Notes: generated by a model not told the origin, from the letters alone. DNA of 64,000 nt from Candidatus Krumholzibacteriia bacterium (GCA_963836185.1 CAWIIQ010000002.1:1-64000), one strand, 5' to 3'. Positions 11,005 to 23,791 are shown, counted from the first letter of the stretch. A program made the numbers and translations.

Positions 11005-12037
11005 CTACCTGTTTCTGATATGCGCGATCGCCTGGTCGATCATCTCCGGCAGGTTCTCGGGGTACCAGTGGCCTATGTTCGGAGTGATGATGAACTGGTA
11101 CTGGAGACCCGTGTCCCTGAAGAGATCGGCCATCTTTCTCTGGTCGGGGACCCTGCGGTCGAGCTCGGTCGTGATGAGCGTTCCGCGAACGCCTCTCTCC
11201 CTGGCCTTCGCTCGCTTCGACCTCGGTGATGTTCTCCGGCATAGGTGGGCAGAGGATAACGAACCCCTGCACCGGCACTGCCTCGAAGAATGTCGCGACG
11301 AGGGAGCCGTATCCGCCCGATGAGAAGCCGCCAATCAGTACCTCGGCCGTATCGACGGGATATTCGGCGCAGACCTTGTCGTAGGCCTCTCTGAGCTCCT
11401 TCTTTGTGACTTCCTGCTCCTCCCATGAGAAGCCGGTCATCGAGACGACCTGCGAGGACTGGACATAGGCGATGATGAACTCGCTTTCCATCACTGTCGA
11501 TTTCCAGTTCGGCCTGAATTCCCCGATGTTCTCGCCCCCGCCATGCAGGGCGATAAAGAGGGGATAGGTCCTGCCTTCCTCGAGTTCACCGGGAAGGGCC
11601 ACCTCTATCTTCATCTTCGATGTCTTCTGAGCCTCCGCTATCATCTCATCGTTTTTAGCGAGGATCTCGTCGAATCCTTCCGTTTCCCTGTACGGGGCCC
11701 AGAAGTCTCCGTTGAAGGCCCAGGCATTGAAGAACTGCCCCTTGTCCTGGGCCATCCCGAGATACTCGATCCCTTTTTCATGATCCCCGAGGTGCTGGCA
11801 GACTGCGGCCATGTTGTACGCCATCTTCCATTCCTCGCCCGGGAAGTCATCGAAGCTCTCTTCGATCATCTTTGCCGCTTCGGCATATTCCCCGGCATTG
11901 TATTTCTCTATCAGAACCTTCCTGAACTCCTGGTATCCGGTCTCTTCTGTTTCCTGGGCTAAGGTGGAGTCGAAGATGCTCGACAGCAGAGCGAGTGTGA
12001 CAGCCGTCGATAAAAGCCAGCGGGCAGGTCTTGTCAT
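11005..12037 (-). CDS. Exported TPR plus alpha/beta-hydrolase (esterase-like) protein; frameshift near 11225
   Basis: Signal peptide; TPR-like helix (AYNMAAVCQHLGDHEKGIEYL); IALHGGG; GGFSSGG nucleophile elbow. The catalytic-His segment (NIGHWYP) lies in the shifted frame ending at 11005. Confidence 0.7.
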
Positions 12038-12182
12038 GTCTCAGGCCTCCACAGTGAAGGAGAGTGTTGTCGTGGTGGGGTATTATACGGGAATTATAGT
12101 AATTGCAGGCGATTGCATCCAGATATATCTGGACAATTCCGGTTCTGGAGGGAATAATCAGGCTTGTAAGGAGAGGTCGATA

Positions 12183-13282
12183 ATGCCTGTAAGTCGAACA
12201 AAAACATCAATACTTGCATCCCTCTGTCTGGTCATGCTGCTGATCGGTACGGCCCTTCCGGTCTCTGCACAGGAATGGCACCCGACCGGGCCGGAGAAGG
12301 ACCAGAAGGACTGGGTCAAGCTGAAATCCGGTGAATGGGTCCGCGGCAAGATGGAACTCTTCCGCGACCTCAAGATGGAGTTCGACAGCGACGAGCTTGA
12401 CGATCTCAAGCTCGACTGGGATGACATAATCGGGTTCAGATTCCCCCGTGAGATGACGTTCGTCTTCGAGGGGCAGAGGATTTATACCGGGTCGGCGTCG
12501 ATGCTCGACGGGATGATCCGTATCAACGCGGAAGGCGGCCCTGTCGATCTTCCGCGCAGGGAACTTCTTTCGATCATAGAGGGAACCCCGAGGGAGCGGA
12601 ATTTCTGGTCTGCCAAGGTCAGCGTCGGATTCACACAGAGGACCGGGAACACGGAACAGATCGATCTGTCGACAAGGCTATCAGGCAAGAGGGAGGCGAC
12701 CCGTTCCCGCCTCAGCCTCGATTTTCGCGGCAATTTCAGCGAGTCCAAGGGTGAGGAGACCGTCAACAATCTCAATGGCACCGCGGAGCTGGACCTTTTC
12801 ATCAGCCGGAAATTCTATATAACAGCCGCTTCGTACGAATATTACGCCGACAAGTTCCAGAACATCGATTACAGGAACACGATCGGGGCCGGTGTCGGAT
12901 ACTATGTCTTCAGGAAGAGCAAGATAGACTGGTCTTTCGGGCTCGGCGGCGCGTACCAGGTCACCGAGTTCCTGTCTGTCAGGAGGGTGAGGATATCAAG
13001 CAGAAGTCCGGGTCCGTGATACCCTCGATGAATCTTGACTGGGATATCACAAAGAACATCGAGTGGGAGTTCTCATGGAGCTCAAAGATCGGCATTCCAG
13101 ATCCAAAGACCTCCACTCATCATGCCTCTTCAGATTTTTCGATCGACATATACAAGGATATCTTCGAGCTTGTGTTCTCGTTCGTGTGGGACCGCGTCGA
13201 TAATCCGCAGCCGTTCGAGGACGGCACCGTGCCGGAAAAGGACGATATAAAGATGGTATTCAGCTTCGGTATCGATATATAA
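12183..13282 (+). CDS. DUF481 (YdiY-like) outer-membrane beta-barrel; frameshift near 12980
   Basis: Signal peptide; DWVKLKSGEWVRG N-domain; DKFQNIDYRNTIGAGVGY. The barrel continues in ORF 13016-13282, ending FSFGIDI. Confidence 0.75.
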
Positions 13283-13297
13283 GGCTGCTCTCCTGAA

Positions 13298-15150
13298 ATG
13301 ATCATCGTAGAAAACATATCGAAGAGTTACGGCAGCCAGGAACTGTTCAGGGAGACCGGTTTCAGGCTGAACGCGAGAGAACGGCTCGGCATGGTCGGGC
13401 GGAACGGCTACGGCAAGACGACGCTGCTGCGCATGATCACCGGCGAGGAAGAGGCCGATTCGGGAAATATCATCATCCCGAAGGGGTACTCGATCGGCTA
13501 TGTCCGGCAGGAACCCGATTTTACCCGTGCCACGGTACTCGAGGAGGGGTGCGAGGGCCTTGCCGCTGAAGAACGGGGCCAGACCTGGAAGGTCGAGAAG
13601 GTCCTGGCCGGCCTCGGCTTCAGGGCGGCTGATCTGGAGAAGGATCCATTCGAGCTTTCAGGCGGCTTCCAGGTCAGGCTCAACCTCGCGAAGGTCCTTG
13701 TGAGGAATCCCGACCTTCTGCTCCTCGATGAGCCGAACAACTACCTCGATATCATATCGATCAGATGGCTGACGCGCTATCTCAATGGCCGCCAGGGCGA
13801 ACTGATCCTGATAACACACGATCGCGGGTTCATGGACAACGTGGTGACCCATACGATGGGGATCTACAGGAAGACGCTGCGAAAGATCAAGGGGGATACC
13901 GGCAAGCTCTACTCCCAGTTCGCGATGGAGGAAGAGGTCTACGAGAAGACGAGGCTCAACGACGAGAAGAAGAGAAAGAAGGCCGAGCTGTTCATCACAC
14001 GTTTCCGCGCCAAGGCGAGGCTCGGGGGGCTCGTGCAGTCGAGGATCAAGACGCTGGAGAAGCAGAAGAAACTCGAGAAGCTCGAGAAGGCAAAGGATCT
14101 CGATTTTTCCTTCAGGTCGAGCCCGTTTAACGGCAAGCGGGTAATGAATGTCACAGATCTGACCTTCGGGTACGATCCCGGCAGTCCCCTTTTTTCCGAC
14201 CTCTCCTTTTCCATAGGGCCTTACGACAGGGTCTGCGTTGTAGGCGAGAACGGCAGGGGAAAGACGACGCTGCTAAAATCCCTGGCCGGAAGGCTCGATC
14301 CTCAATCGGGCGAGGTATCGGTCAACGCGACGGTCAGGAGCGCCTATTACGAGCAGGCGAACGTCAATACCCTGGCAGACGACAGGACCGTCCTCGAGGA
14401 GATCGTAAGTTCCGATCCCGACATCGACCACAAGAGGGCGAGAAATATCTGCGGCATGATGATGTTCGAGGGAGACACCGCGCTGAAAAGGATAAAGATC
14501 CTCTCCGGCGGGGAAAAGAACAGGGTCCTGCTCGGAAAGATCATCGCTACACCGGTAAGTTTTCTTCTTCTCGACGAGCCGACAAATCATCTCGATCTCG
14601 AGGCCTGCGATGCCCTTCTCGAAGCGATAAACGAGTTCGAGGGGGCCGTTCTGATGGTGACGCATAACGAGATGCTTCTTCACGGGCTCGCGGAGAAGCT
14701 CATCGTCTTTCAGGATGGCAGGACCTTTGTCTTCGAGGGCGGGTACCAGGAATTTCTCGAGAGAAAGGGATGGGAGAGCGAGAAGGAGGCCCAGCCGAGG
14801 AAGAGGATGTTCAGGCGGCCGGGAAGAAAGCGGACAGAAAGGAGCTCAAGCGGCTCCGTTCCGAGCTTGTCCGCGAACGGTCGAAGGCGCTCAGGCCCCT
14901 GGAACGGACGATCGAGAAGACTGAGACGGCTATCGTGAAAGCCGAGGCCGAACTGGAGGATCTTCACGGCGAGATCGAAGCGGCCTCGCGGCAGGGCGAC
15001 AATGCCAGGATAGCCGCCCTGTCGAAGAGGATCCACGCCTGCGAAAAAGTGATCGAGACCGGGTTCGCAGAGCTCGAGACCGCATCTGAAGCCTACCACG
15101 AGAAGAAGCAGACATTCGAAAAACGGTTCGATGATCTCGATCGCGGGTGA
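13298..15150 (+). CDS. ABC-F family ATPase with C-terminal coiled coil; frameshift near 14790
   Basis: Two NBDs (GRNGYGKT, LSGG, LLLDEPNN; GENGRGKT, LSGGE, LLLDEPTNH), no TM segments. The Uup-like coiled-coil tail lies in ORF 14770-15150. Confidence 0.88.
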
Positions 15151-15176
15151 TTCCCGGCTGTCCGGCCGCTTATATC

Positions 15177-15205
15177 TTGCTTTTTTGCCGAAAAAAGGAT
15201 AAAAT
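15177..15205 (+). promoter_or_regulatory. Putative sigma70 promoter of the C25 peptidase gene
   Basis: TTGCTT-17 nt-TAAAAT. Confidence 0.45.
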
Positions 15206-15337
15206 GCTACTGAATCTGATAAGTTTCATCAAGTGCAGGACATTTTCAGGAGACACATCTTTCTGACCCACTGCTTCAGTTGTTAACTCGAATCCCCTGA
15301 CTTAAACACAATACATCTGTGCCGGGAGGTTCAGGTA

Positions 15338-18300
15338 ATGGGTCGTTCTATTTTCTTACTTCTCACATTGGCTGCATTTACAGTTCTTCCACCGGGCATG
15401 GTCTCAGCGTCTGTAGTCTCAGTCGGAGTCGACGTGGAGATATCGGCGATCAATATCGTCGAAGACGGCAGCGGAGCTTTCAGGATCGATGCCGCCGGGA
15501 TGAACCACACGAATTACCTCGATCTGCCTTCTATCCCGTACATGGTGATGAGCGTGCTGATACCGCAGGGGGAGGATGTTACCACTTTCCGGCTGGAAGG
15601 TGGCCGCGCGGTCGAACTGGCGGCATCCATATCGCTTGCCGCGTTCAACGGACAGCTTCTTAATGATGGGACAGCCAGAGGTGTCTTTCTTTCACCGGAA
15701 CAGGCAAGTGGCAGTGACTCGGTCTTTCCCGCCTGGAAAGTGAGGCATACAGGCACATCCGGATGGAATGGATACAGGGTCGCGATCTTCGAGGTCTATC
15801 CGGTCAGATACGATATTTCCGCGGGCCGGCTCACTGTAATCGAGGGCATGACTCTCGTTGTCGAAACCGCGCCCGGCGACATGAGCGGGGAAGCGAAAAG
15901 ACAGAGGCATGTAGACGGTTTCAGGGAGAGGTCCCGAAGGAAGATCCGCGGTGCTGTGGAGAATCCGATGGACGTTTCGGGCTATGTGTTCTCCGATATC
16001 GTGATCGAAGAGAGCAGCCGCGCTTTCATGCCCTCATATATGCCGGGGATGGAGGGAAGCGCTGTCCAGTACCTTATCGTCACGAACGAGGAGATGGAAC
16101 CGGAGTTCCAGCGGCTCGCGGACTGGAAGACGCGAAAGGGCGTCCCCGCAGTCGTCAGGACCGTCGAGTGGATCGAGCAGAACACGAGGGCAGGTTCAGA
16201 TCTCGGCGAGACGATCAGGAATTTCATGCGTGAGGCTTACGAGAAGTGGGGAGTGGAATACGTTCTCCTCGCCGGCGATACGGACGTGATACCGGAGAGG
16301 TTCGCTTACGTGTCTTTCTACACAGGTGATCTCATCCCTACAGATATGTACTACTCGTGCCTCGACGGGACCTGGAACGCCGACAGAGATTCGCTCTGGG
16401 GAGAGGGATTCCATTCACTGATCGATCCCGGAGACGACGCGGATCTCTACGCGGAAGTCTATGTCGGAAGACTGCCTGTCTCATCGGCGGCCGACGCCGG
16501 TCTTCTCGTTGACAAGACGATAGGCTATGAGGCGCCGTCGGACACGACGTACAAATCGGATTTCCTGCTGCTCGGTGAGGTGATCTCGCCATCTGACTAC
16601 ACACCGGGCGATCTGATAATCACCGACGGCGGCGAATATCTCCAGACTATCAATGACCTCTACCTGGACGCCGATCCGGATATCACGTCGATCAGGCTAT
16701 ACGAAAACTACCCCGGATTTCCGGGCGCCCTGGAACTCAGCAGGGCATCCTCGCTGAGCAGGATGGATGCCGGTGTCAATCACGTGATCCATGCCGGTCA
16801 TGGCGGAAAGTACAACATGTCCATGGGGGACGTCAGCATCCTCAACAGCGACGCGGGCAGCCTTGTAAACGGGACCGAGATCTTCTCGATGTATCTCCTG
16901 AACTGCAACAACGTCGCATTCGATACCGATTGTATCGCGGAGCATTTTCTGCTCAACCGTGATGGAGGCGCTTTCGCGGTCACCGGATCGAGCAGGACCG
17001 CGTTCCCGACATCCTCCAGGCTATATATGAACGAGTACTATAAACTGCTCTTTCAGGCTGATGTCGTGCAGCTCGGCAAGGTGCACGTGAAGTCCCGCGA
17101 GAAATTCACTCCGGCCGCGTACGGGGAAACGTCCGATCGCTGGGCACACTTCATCTACAATTATCTCGGTGATCCGGAGACGAACATGTACCGCGGCAAT
17201 CCCGGAACGTTCGATGTTTCCGCTCCAGGGACGGTTCCTTTCGGGCACAACGAGATCGTGATCCAGGTCGACAGCGACGGTTCTCCCTTCGATTCGGCCT
17301 ATGTCTGTCTTTTCAAGGACGGCGATGATTATCAGTACGGATACACGGACGCCGCGGGGCAGGTCACGTTCGATGATTTCCTCTGCAGGGATTCGGGGAC
17401 GATAGCGGTCACCGTTACAGGGATCGATCACTGCGCTTATTCGACATCTATCACGGTCGACCCTGAGGCGGCCGCATACCTCCGTGTCAACGGCAACATC
17501 CAGAACGATGGTCCCGGCGGTAACGGTGACGGCATCATCGATGCCGGTGAGACCGTCACGCTGGAGATCGAGCTGTTCAATTCCGGCAGCGCCGCGGGTG
17601 AGAAGCTGTGGGCCGGGATCTCGACTGCTGCTCCGGCGGTGATCGTCAACAGCGGCATCTCTACCTATCCGGACATACCTGCCGGAGGATCCGCGTTAAA
17701 CGACTCGCCGTTCTCCCTGACCTTCGATCCGGGGATGGCTGATGAGACACCGGTCGAATTCCTTGTCGAGATATTCGATTCGACGGGAGGGTACTGGGCG
17801 GAGAACATGGCCCTCGAGGTCCATGCGCCCGAGCTGGAGCTGTACGTGAATATGCTGGCCGACAGCGTGCCGTACGGTAACGGTGACGGTATCATCGGTG
17901 ACGGCGAGGGATTCCTGCTGCGCATCGGGATAAAGAACTTCGGCACGGGAACTGCCAGCGGGCTGCAGGGAAAGATAAGAGCTGAAGATGCCGGGATCAC
18001 CATCGTCGACAGCACGGCCGGTTACGGAGACCTCGAATCCATGGAGATGTTGTACGGAAGCGGTTTTGTCCTGTCTGAGGTGGACGTGTCGGTGCCGAAC
18101 CATTTCACGTTCGAGCTGACCGACGTCAACGGCACGACATTCACGCGCAGGATGGAGCTTCGGGAGCCGCAGCCGCCTGTCGGCCTGACCCTCGATTCAA
18201 GCGTGGGGCCCGACCAGATCCATGCCACCTGGCATGTGCCCGATTCCCTCGAGGTATACAGGTATCTCGTCTATCATTCTACGGTCCAGGGGGGGCCGTA

Positions 18301-20310
18301 CGAACAGGTCAGTCAGGATATGCTTCTGCATTGCCTCTTCCGGGATCGTGACCTGGAATTCAGCACCCGGTACTACATCGTCGCGGCTTGCGTCGATTCA
18401 TGCGGTAATACAGGCGGCTTCAGCGATGAGGTCTCGGAGACCACCAATCCGCCTCAGCTCGGCGGCTGGCCGAACCATGTCGACCAGGGCTCCTCGAGCA
18501 GTCCCGCCGTTGATGATATAGACGGGGACAACTATCCTGACATCGTCTTTGGAGCGGGAAACATCTTCGCGTGGCACAGCAATGGATTCGAACTTATCGA
18601 TGGCGACAACCAGCCTCTGACCTGGGGTGTCCTGGCGACACAAGGATCCACATATACAGCGTCAATCGCCCTCGGTGAACTGGACGGTGTCCCGGGATCA
18701 GAGATCGTGGGAGCGTCATGGGATACGAGGGAGATATATGTATTCACCCGGGATGGAAGTATCCTGCCCGGATGGCCGAAAAGTACCAAAGACATCGTAT
18801 GGGCGAGCCCGGTGATCGGTGATTTCGACGGGGACAGCGATCTGGAGGTAGTGGCGTACGACGTCGATGGAACCGTTTACGTCTGGCACCATGACGGGAC
18901 CGAGCTGATGGACGGGGATGACGATCCGGCGACGGACGGCCCCTTCTTCGCCGCGGGGCTGGCCGTCGGACGGATGGCACGTTTCCACTCCCGCTCTTGC
19001 CGACATGGATGAGGACGGAGTCGTCGAGATGATCGTCGCTGCTCCGGATGATTCGATCTATTGCCTCAATCATGACCGCACATATGTGACGGGGTGGCCT
19101 GTCCCAATAATCGATCCCGGCGCCGGAGTGGGGGCGAGTCCCGTGGTAGGGGACATCGACGGAGATTCCCGGCCCGAGGTCATAATCCAGAACACGGCGG
19201 CTCGGGTCCAGGGCCTGAATCACGATGGCACGAGCATGCCCGGCTGGCCCCAGTGGGTCAACAGCAACAGCTTTTTCGCCGGATCCTGCGCGCTGGCCGA
19301 TCTCACCGGTGACGGGAGGCTCGAGGTGGTAGTGCCGGGAATGAACGGCATGTGCTACATATTCCGTTATGACGGCTCCGCAATGCCGGGGTGGCCGCAG
19401 GAATACTCAGACAGCGGAGGGACCGAGTCCTCACCGGTGATCGCTGATATCACAGGCGATGGAAGCCTCGACATCATCCTCGGAGGAGAGAACGGCAGGA
19501 TCACTGCCTGGGATATTGATGGAGATTACATAGCTGGATTTCCCATCCAGCTCAAAAACTTCGTAAGAGGCACTCCAGTGGTCAAGGATGTAGACCTCGA
19601 TGGTGATCTCGAGTTGATAGCCTCCTGCTGGGACGAGAACATCTATGTGTGGGACCTCGACGCGAACGCCTACTACGGGTGCGCTCCGTGGACCGGGTTC
19701 CACGGCAACATCTATAACAGCGGCTGGAAAGAGCTCGCGGAGGTTACGGATGCTGATGTGACGGCATGGATGTATGAGCTCACCGGCAGCGCCCTGCGGC
19801 TCACCTGGTCCGTTGAGGGCAGCGACGGATGAGTGGGACCTTCTGCGCCGCGTGAAGGACGCGGAATTCGAACTCGTGGCGTCCGGCCTTCGAAAAGACG
19901 GGGCAGGGATCATCACATGGACAGACAGGTCGGTTGAGGAGGGACTGGTCTACGAGTACAGGCTGGAATCTGAGAACGGCCTGAATTCCGTGGAAACAGG
20001 GTGGATCGAGGTGCCTGTGGCGAGCGCCAGGCTCTATCAGAATCATCCGAATCCGTTCAATCCGGCCACGACGATAGTCTTTACCATCCCCGGCCAGGCT
20101 TCGGTGAAGAAAAATGCGATATTGAGCGTTTACGATGTAAGGGGTATCCTCGTAAAAACGCTGGTCAACGGTCCGGTCGCGGGAGGCAGGCACGAGATCT
20201 CCTGGGATGGCAGAAACAGCCGCGGCGCCGGCGTATCGAGCGGTGTGTACTTCGCGAGATTCGCGACAGGCGGATACAGCGAGGTCAAGAAGATGATACT
20301 CGTACGCTGA
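15338..20310 (+). CDS. Gingipain-like C25 cysteine peptidase with propeptide, Ig-like/FN3 domains, FG-GAP repeats and C-terminal FlgD-Ig/T9SS-type domain (~1650 aa; frameshifts near 18965 and 19825)
   Basis: YLIVT...LADWKTRKG, YVLLAGD, TDMYY, VGRLP, catalytic HAGHG and LNC, NYLGDP. DxDGD FG-GAP motifs alternate with GWP. Tail LYQNHPNPFNPATTI...WDGRN..G..VSSGVYF...KKMILVR. Confidence 0.85.
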
Positions 20311-20338
20311 TATCGGTCCATGAAAGGAGCCTCTCCTC

Positions 20339-20944
20339 ATGAGAAGAATGGCCGTGCTGCTGCTTCTGGCTATCGTGTCGATCGTTTCGAGCTGCGGTGA
20401 CGATGGGCCGGTCAAGAGGTCATGGGGGAAGATGGAGGGGCTCGACAGGATCGTCGGGAACATGAACGACGATTCGTATTCCTCTGGCAGGACCCAGGAG
20501 CCGAGGCTCAACGCATCGGGCCGCCCTGTTCACATGACAGATTTCGAGGGACGTTTCGTCTGGTCCGAGTACGCCGCTACATGGTGCTCCGTCTGCGCGA
20601 AGCAGACGCCCGAGACGGGAAAGGCAGAGGCGGAGTATGAGGAGATAGTCTTTCTCACCGTGATGACCGGCAAAAGCAACGCCTACGACGATCACGCCAC
20701 CGTCGAGACAGCGAAGCAGTGGGCCGGCCGTTTCCACCTCGATTCCCAGCGGGTGATCGCCGCCGAACTCTGGTACAAGACTGTCCCCGAGCACCGTTTC
20801 TATTCGCCGCAGGGGCATACCCTCTTCGTCCACGTCGGATATCTCTCTTCCGCCCAGATCCGGGAAGTCATCGATTACTACAGGACCGGATGGGAAGACT
20901 GGGCGAAGACGGGCCGGAAGGCGAAGTGGATGTCCTTCAGGTAG
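20339..20944 (+). CDS. Thioredoxin-fold (TlpA-like) lipoprotein
   Basis: Lipobox IVSSC; ATWCSVC CxxC motif; cis-Pro motif TVP. Confidence 0.75.
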   Translation: MRRMAVLLLLAIVSIVSSCGDDGPVKRSWGKMEGLDRIVGNMNDDSYSSGRTQEPRLNASGRPVHMTDFEGRFVWSEYAATWCSVCAKQTPETGKAEAEYEEIVFLTVMTGKSNAYDDHATVETAKQWAGRFHLDSQRVIAAELWYKTVPEHRFYSPQGHTLFVHVGYLSSAQIREVIDYYRTGWEDWAKTGRKAKWMSFR

Positions 20945-21073
20945 ACAGGCCCGACAGCATTTTCAGCCTGTAGATTCCTACTGAAAATTAAGAAACGCTT
21001 AAGTTGTGCCGCGGAATAATACCGGTATTATCAATATGAGAATGGGAACGCGCGTACATACAGGAGGGAGAGC

Positions 21074-21547
21074 GTGATGCCGAATAGAAGCCTGCGGATC
21101 TTCGCCGCGGCATTCCTGGTCGCCTGCGCAGCGGGTCCGCTTCTGGGCAATACGGGGACGGTCGAAGAGGTCCTCAGCGGAGATCTTGTCCGGATAGGGG
21201 ACTCGTTCATCGCCAGGTTGACCGGGATTAAAGCGCCGCCTCGAAATGAGATCATGGGATACAGGATATATGATTTCACGAAGAGGGAGATCGAGGGAAA
21301 GAAGATAAAGCTCTTCACGTGGACGACCGATAACACCGCCGCGGGGATCGTATATGACGAGGACGGCCGGGCGTTCGTCCAGATCTATTACGGCAGGGGG
21401 ATGGAGACGAGTTTTAACGAGGTCCTGCTGAAGAAGGGCTATGCCCGGGTGGACAGGGACCGTCTGCCCGACGATCTAGAGCACTATCTCAAACTGGAAA
21501 AAGAAGCGCGGGAAAAGGGGCTCGGTATCTGGGCTGATGAGGAGTAA
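21074..21547 (+). CDS. Exported thermonuclease (SNase-fold) homolog with altered active site
   Basis: VEEVLSGDLV, ARLTGIKAP, DEDGRAF, NEVLLKKGYA, EKEAREKGLGIW. Confidence 0.8.
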   Translation: MMPNRSLRIFAAAFLVACAAGPLLGNTGTVEEVLSGDLVRIGDSFIARLTGIKAPPRNEIMGYRIYDFTKREIEGKKIKLFTWTTDNTAAGIVYDEDGRAFVQIYYGRGMETSFNEVLLKKGYARVDRDRLPDDLEHYLKLEKEAREKGLGIWADEE

Positions 21548-21554
21548 GGTCCCT

Positions 21555-21953
21555 CTAGTCTTCTGCCTTCTGCCAGATCTCGTTGACCGTGAACTTGTGG
21601 CCGCCGATGTCGAATGTGCCCGAGTGGTACCACTTGTCGTCCTCGATGATGTACTTGAATTCCAGTTTCTGCCCGACGAGCCACCGCATTGTGTGATACT
21701 GGATCGATTCGGTGTAGGACGAGTCGGTGAGGGCATATGTCCCGACGCCGGCGAATATCCCGCCCCCGGCCGTCGGCGAACCGAAAGCGAAGTGCGTATC
21801 CGATACGACCTTGATGCTCCGGGGCGCCGTGGGGCCGTCCTCCGGTTCAGGATAGATCATCTCCCAGGTGCCTTTCACGGACCTGGACCCACCGCCGCAC
21901 CCGGTCGACATCACCAGGACCGACGCGATCAGAATCATCAATACAGTCTTCAT
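21555..21953 (-). CDS. Small lipocalin-like (DUF4488-like) lipoprotein
   Basis: GGAG RBS; lipobox MSTGC; GTWEM and GTY..YTE..EIW strands. Confidence 0.6.
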   Translation of the reverse strand: MKTVLMILIASVLVMSTGCGGGSRSVKGTWEMIYPEPEDGPTAPRSIKVVSDTHFAFGSPTAGGGIFAGVGTYALTDSSYTESIQYHTMRWLVGQKLEFKYIIEDDKWYHSGTFDIGGHKFTVNEIWQKAED

Positions 21954-22222
21954 CTATCTTCTCCCGTTGTTATTCAGCCGCTCTTTAAAGATCCGCCTGC
22001 AGGCACTATGGCATACCTGTGAGTCGATTTGAAAGCCTTATAGCGGCCCCTCATTTCCCGCTTCCGGAACATAATCTTGGTAATAATGTCCCATAATGGG
22101 TATATTTAATATGTAGCCTTTCTCCATATTCCCTTGCCGGTCTCAGACCCCGGACACATGTCGGTATTGGAACCTGGCCCTGGGCTTGAGACCTGTTACT
22201 TAACCGGCAAGGGAGACCACTG

Positions 22223-23710
22223 TTGAATATATTACTGATAGCGCCCGACTTTCCGGGCACCTTCTGGAGCTTTATCCACGCGCTCAAGTTCGTTAACAAG
22301 AAATCCTCACATCCGCCGCTGGGGCTCCTGACGGTCTCGTCACTTCTCCCTCAAAGCTGGGAACGGCGGCTCGTCGACCTGTCCGTGAGGAAACTCAAGG
22401 ACAGGGATATCGAATGGGCCGACATGATCTTCATCGGAGCGATGTCGATACAGCGGGATTCCACTGTCGAGATCATCGAACGGTGTCGAAGGCATGGGAA
22501 GAAGATAGTCGCGGGCGGACCTCTCTTCACCGCTTCTTACGACGAGTTCGAGGGTGTCGATCATTTTGTGCTCGACGAGGCCGAGATCACGCTGCCCCTC
22601 TTTCTCGCCGACCTGAAGCGGGGCGAGGCCGGGCAGGTTTACCGGGCAGATGAGCGCCCTTCTCTAGACCTGACCCCCATGCCGGACTGGGACCTGATAA
22701 GGATGAAGGACTACATGACATTGAGCGTGCAGTACTCGAGGGGCTGTCCCTTCGACTGCGAGTTCTGCGACATCTCTGTCCTGTTCGGGCGGAAGGTCAG
22801 GACGAAGAGCGCCGACAGCCTGATCGGTGAGATGGAAGAGCTCTACCGGCGAGGATGGCGGGGAGGACTCTTCTTCGTCGACGACAACTTCATAGGAAAC
22901 AGGGTCAAGCTGAAGCGCGAGGTCCTGCCGGCGATGATAGAGTGGCAGAAGTCGAGAAAATACCCCTACTACCTGACGACCGAGACATCGATCGATCTTG
23001 CCGATGACGACGAGCTGATGGAGATGATGTCGAAAGCGGGATTTTCCTCGCTATTCGTGGGAGTGGAGAGTCCCAACGACGAGAGCCTCAAGGAATGCAA
23101 CAAGGCCCAGAACAGGGGCCGCGACATGATCGCCAGCATCAGGAAGATGCAGCAGGCGGGCTTCGAGGTCCTCGGCGGTTTTATCATCGGGTTCGACAGC
23201 GATCCGCCGGCGATATTCGACAAGCTCAGCGAATTCATAAAGGAAAGCGGAATCGTGACCGCGATGGTCGGGCTGCTCAACGCCCCGAGGGGCACGAAGC
23301 TGTACAAGCGCCTCAAGGGCGAGGGCAGGCTTGTAGACAATATCTCTGGGAACAATACCGACATGACGATGAACTTCATCCCGAGGATGGACAGGAAGAA
23401 GCTTATAGAAGGTTACAGGAAGATCATAAACGATATCTACTCGGCCAAACCATACTACCGGCGGATCAGGGATTTTCTGAGGGATTTCGAGCCGCCGCGC
23501 GGGCAGGCATCGAGGTTCAGGCCGGCGGATGTCATGGCTCTGCTGAGATCGATGTTCAGGCTCGGCCTGGTAGACAGGGGCAGGCTGGAATACTGGAAGC
23601 TCTTCACCTGGACCCTGGTGAAGAAGCCGAGACTCTTCCCGCTGGCTATCACATTCGCTGTCTACGGGCTGCACTTCAGAAGGGTCTTTCAGCCTCTTAT
23701 AATGAAGTAA
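22223..23710 (+). CDS. B12-binding radical SAM protein with C-terminal DUF4070-like domain
   Basis: TFWSF, PPLGLLTV, SRGCPFDCEFC, VDDNFIGN, GFIIGFD. Confidence 0.92.
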   Translation: MNILLIAPDFPGTFWSFIHALKFVNKKSSHPPLGLLTVSSLLPQSWERRLVDLSVRKLKDRDIEWADMIFIGAMSIQRDSTVEIIERCRRHGKKIVAGGPLFTASYDEFEGVDHFVLDEAEITLPLFLADLKRGEAGQVYRADERPSLDLTPMPDWDLIRMKDYMTLSVQYSRGCPFDCEFCDISVLFGRKVRTKSADSLIGEMEELYRRGWRGGLFFVDDNFIGNRVKLKREVLPAMIEWQKSRKYPYYLTTETSIDLADDDELMEMMSKAGFSSLFVGVESPNDESLKECNKAQNRGRDMIASIRKMQQAGFEVLGGFIIGFDSDPPAIFDKLSEFIKESGIVTAMVGLLNAPRGTKLYKRLKGEGRLVDNISGNNTDMTMNFIPRMDRKKLIEGYRKIINDIYSAKPYYRRIRDFLRDFEPPRGQASRFRPADVMALLRSMFRLGLVDRGRLEYWKLFTWTLVKKPRLFPLAITFAVYGLHFRRVFQPLIMK

Positions 23711-23791
23711 GCAGGGACAGGACTCTTTCCGGCGATAAATCCCGGGTTTTCTCCATTCGCAAGGAATAATCAGAAAAATCTCATTTCGGGG

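Noticed and set aside
11811-12182. N-terminal extension of the DUF481 ORF
   Set aside because: It overlaps the divergent hydrolase gene; an AGGAGAGG RBS and signal peptide support ATG 12183.
19830-19832. TGA as possible selenocysteine or readthrough in the gingipain gene
   Set aside because: The meaningful continuation (WDLLRR...PNPFNP) is in a different frame, so a 1-nt indel explains it.
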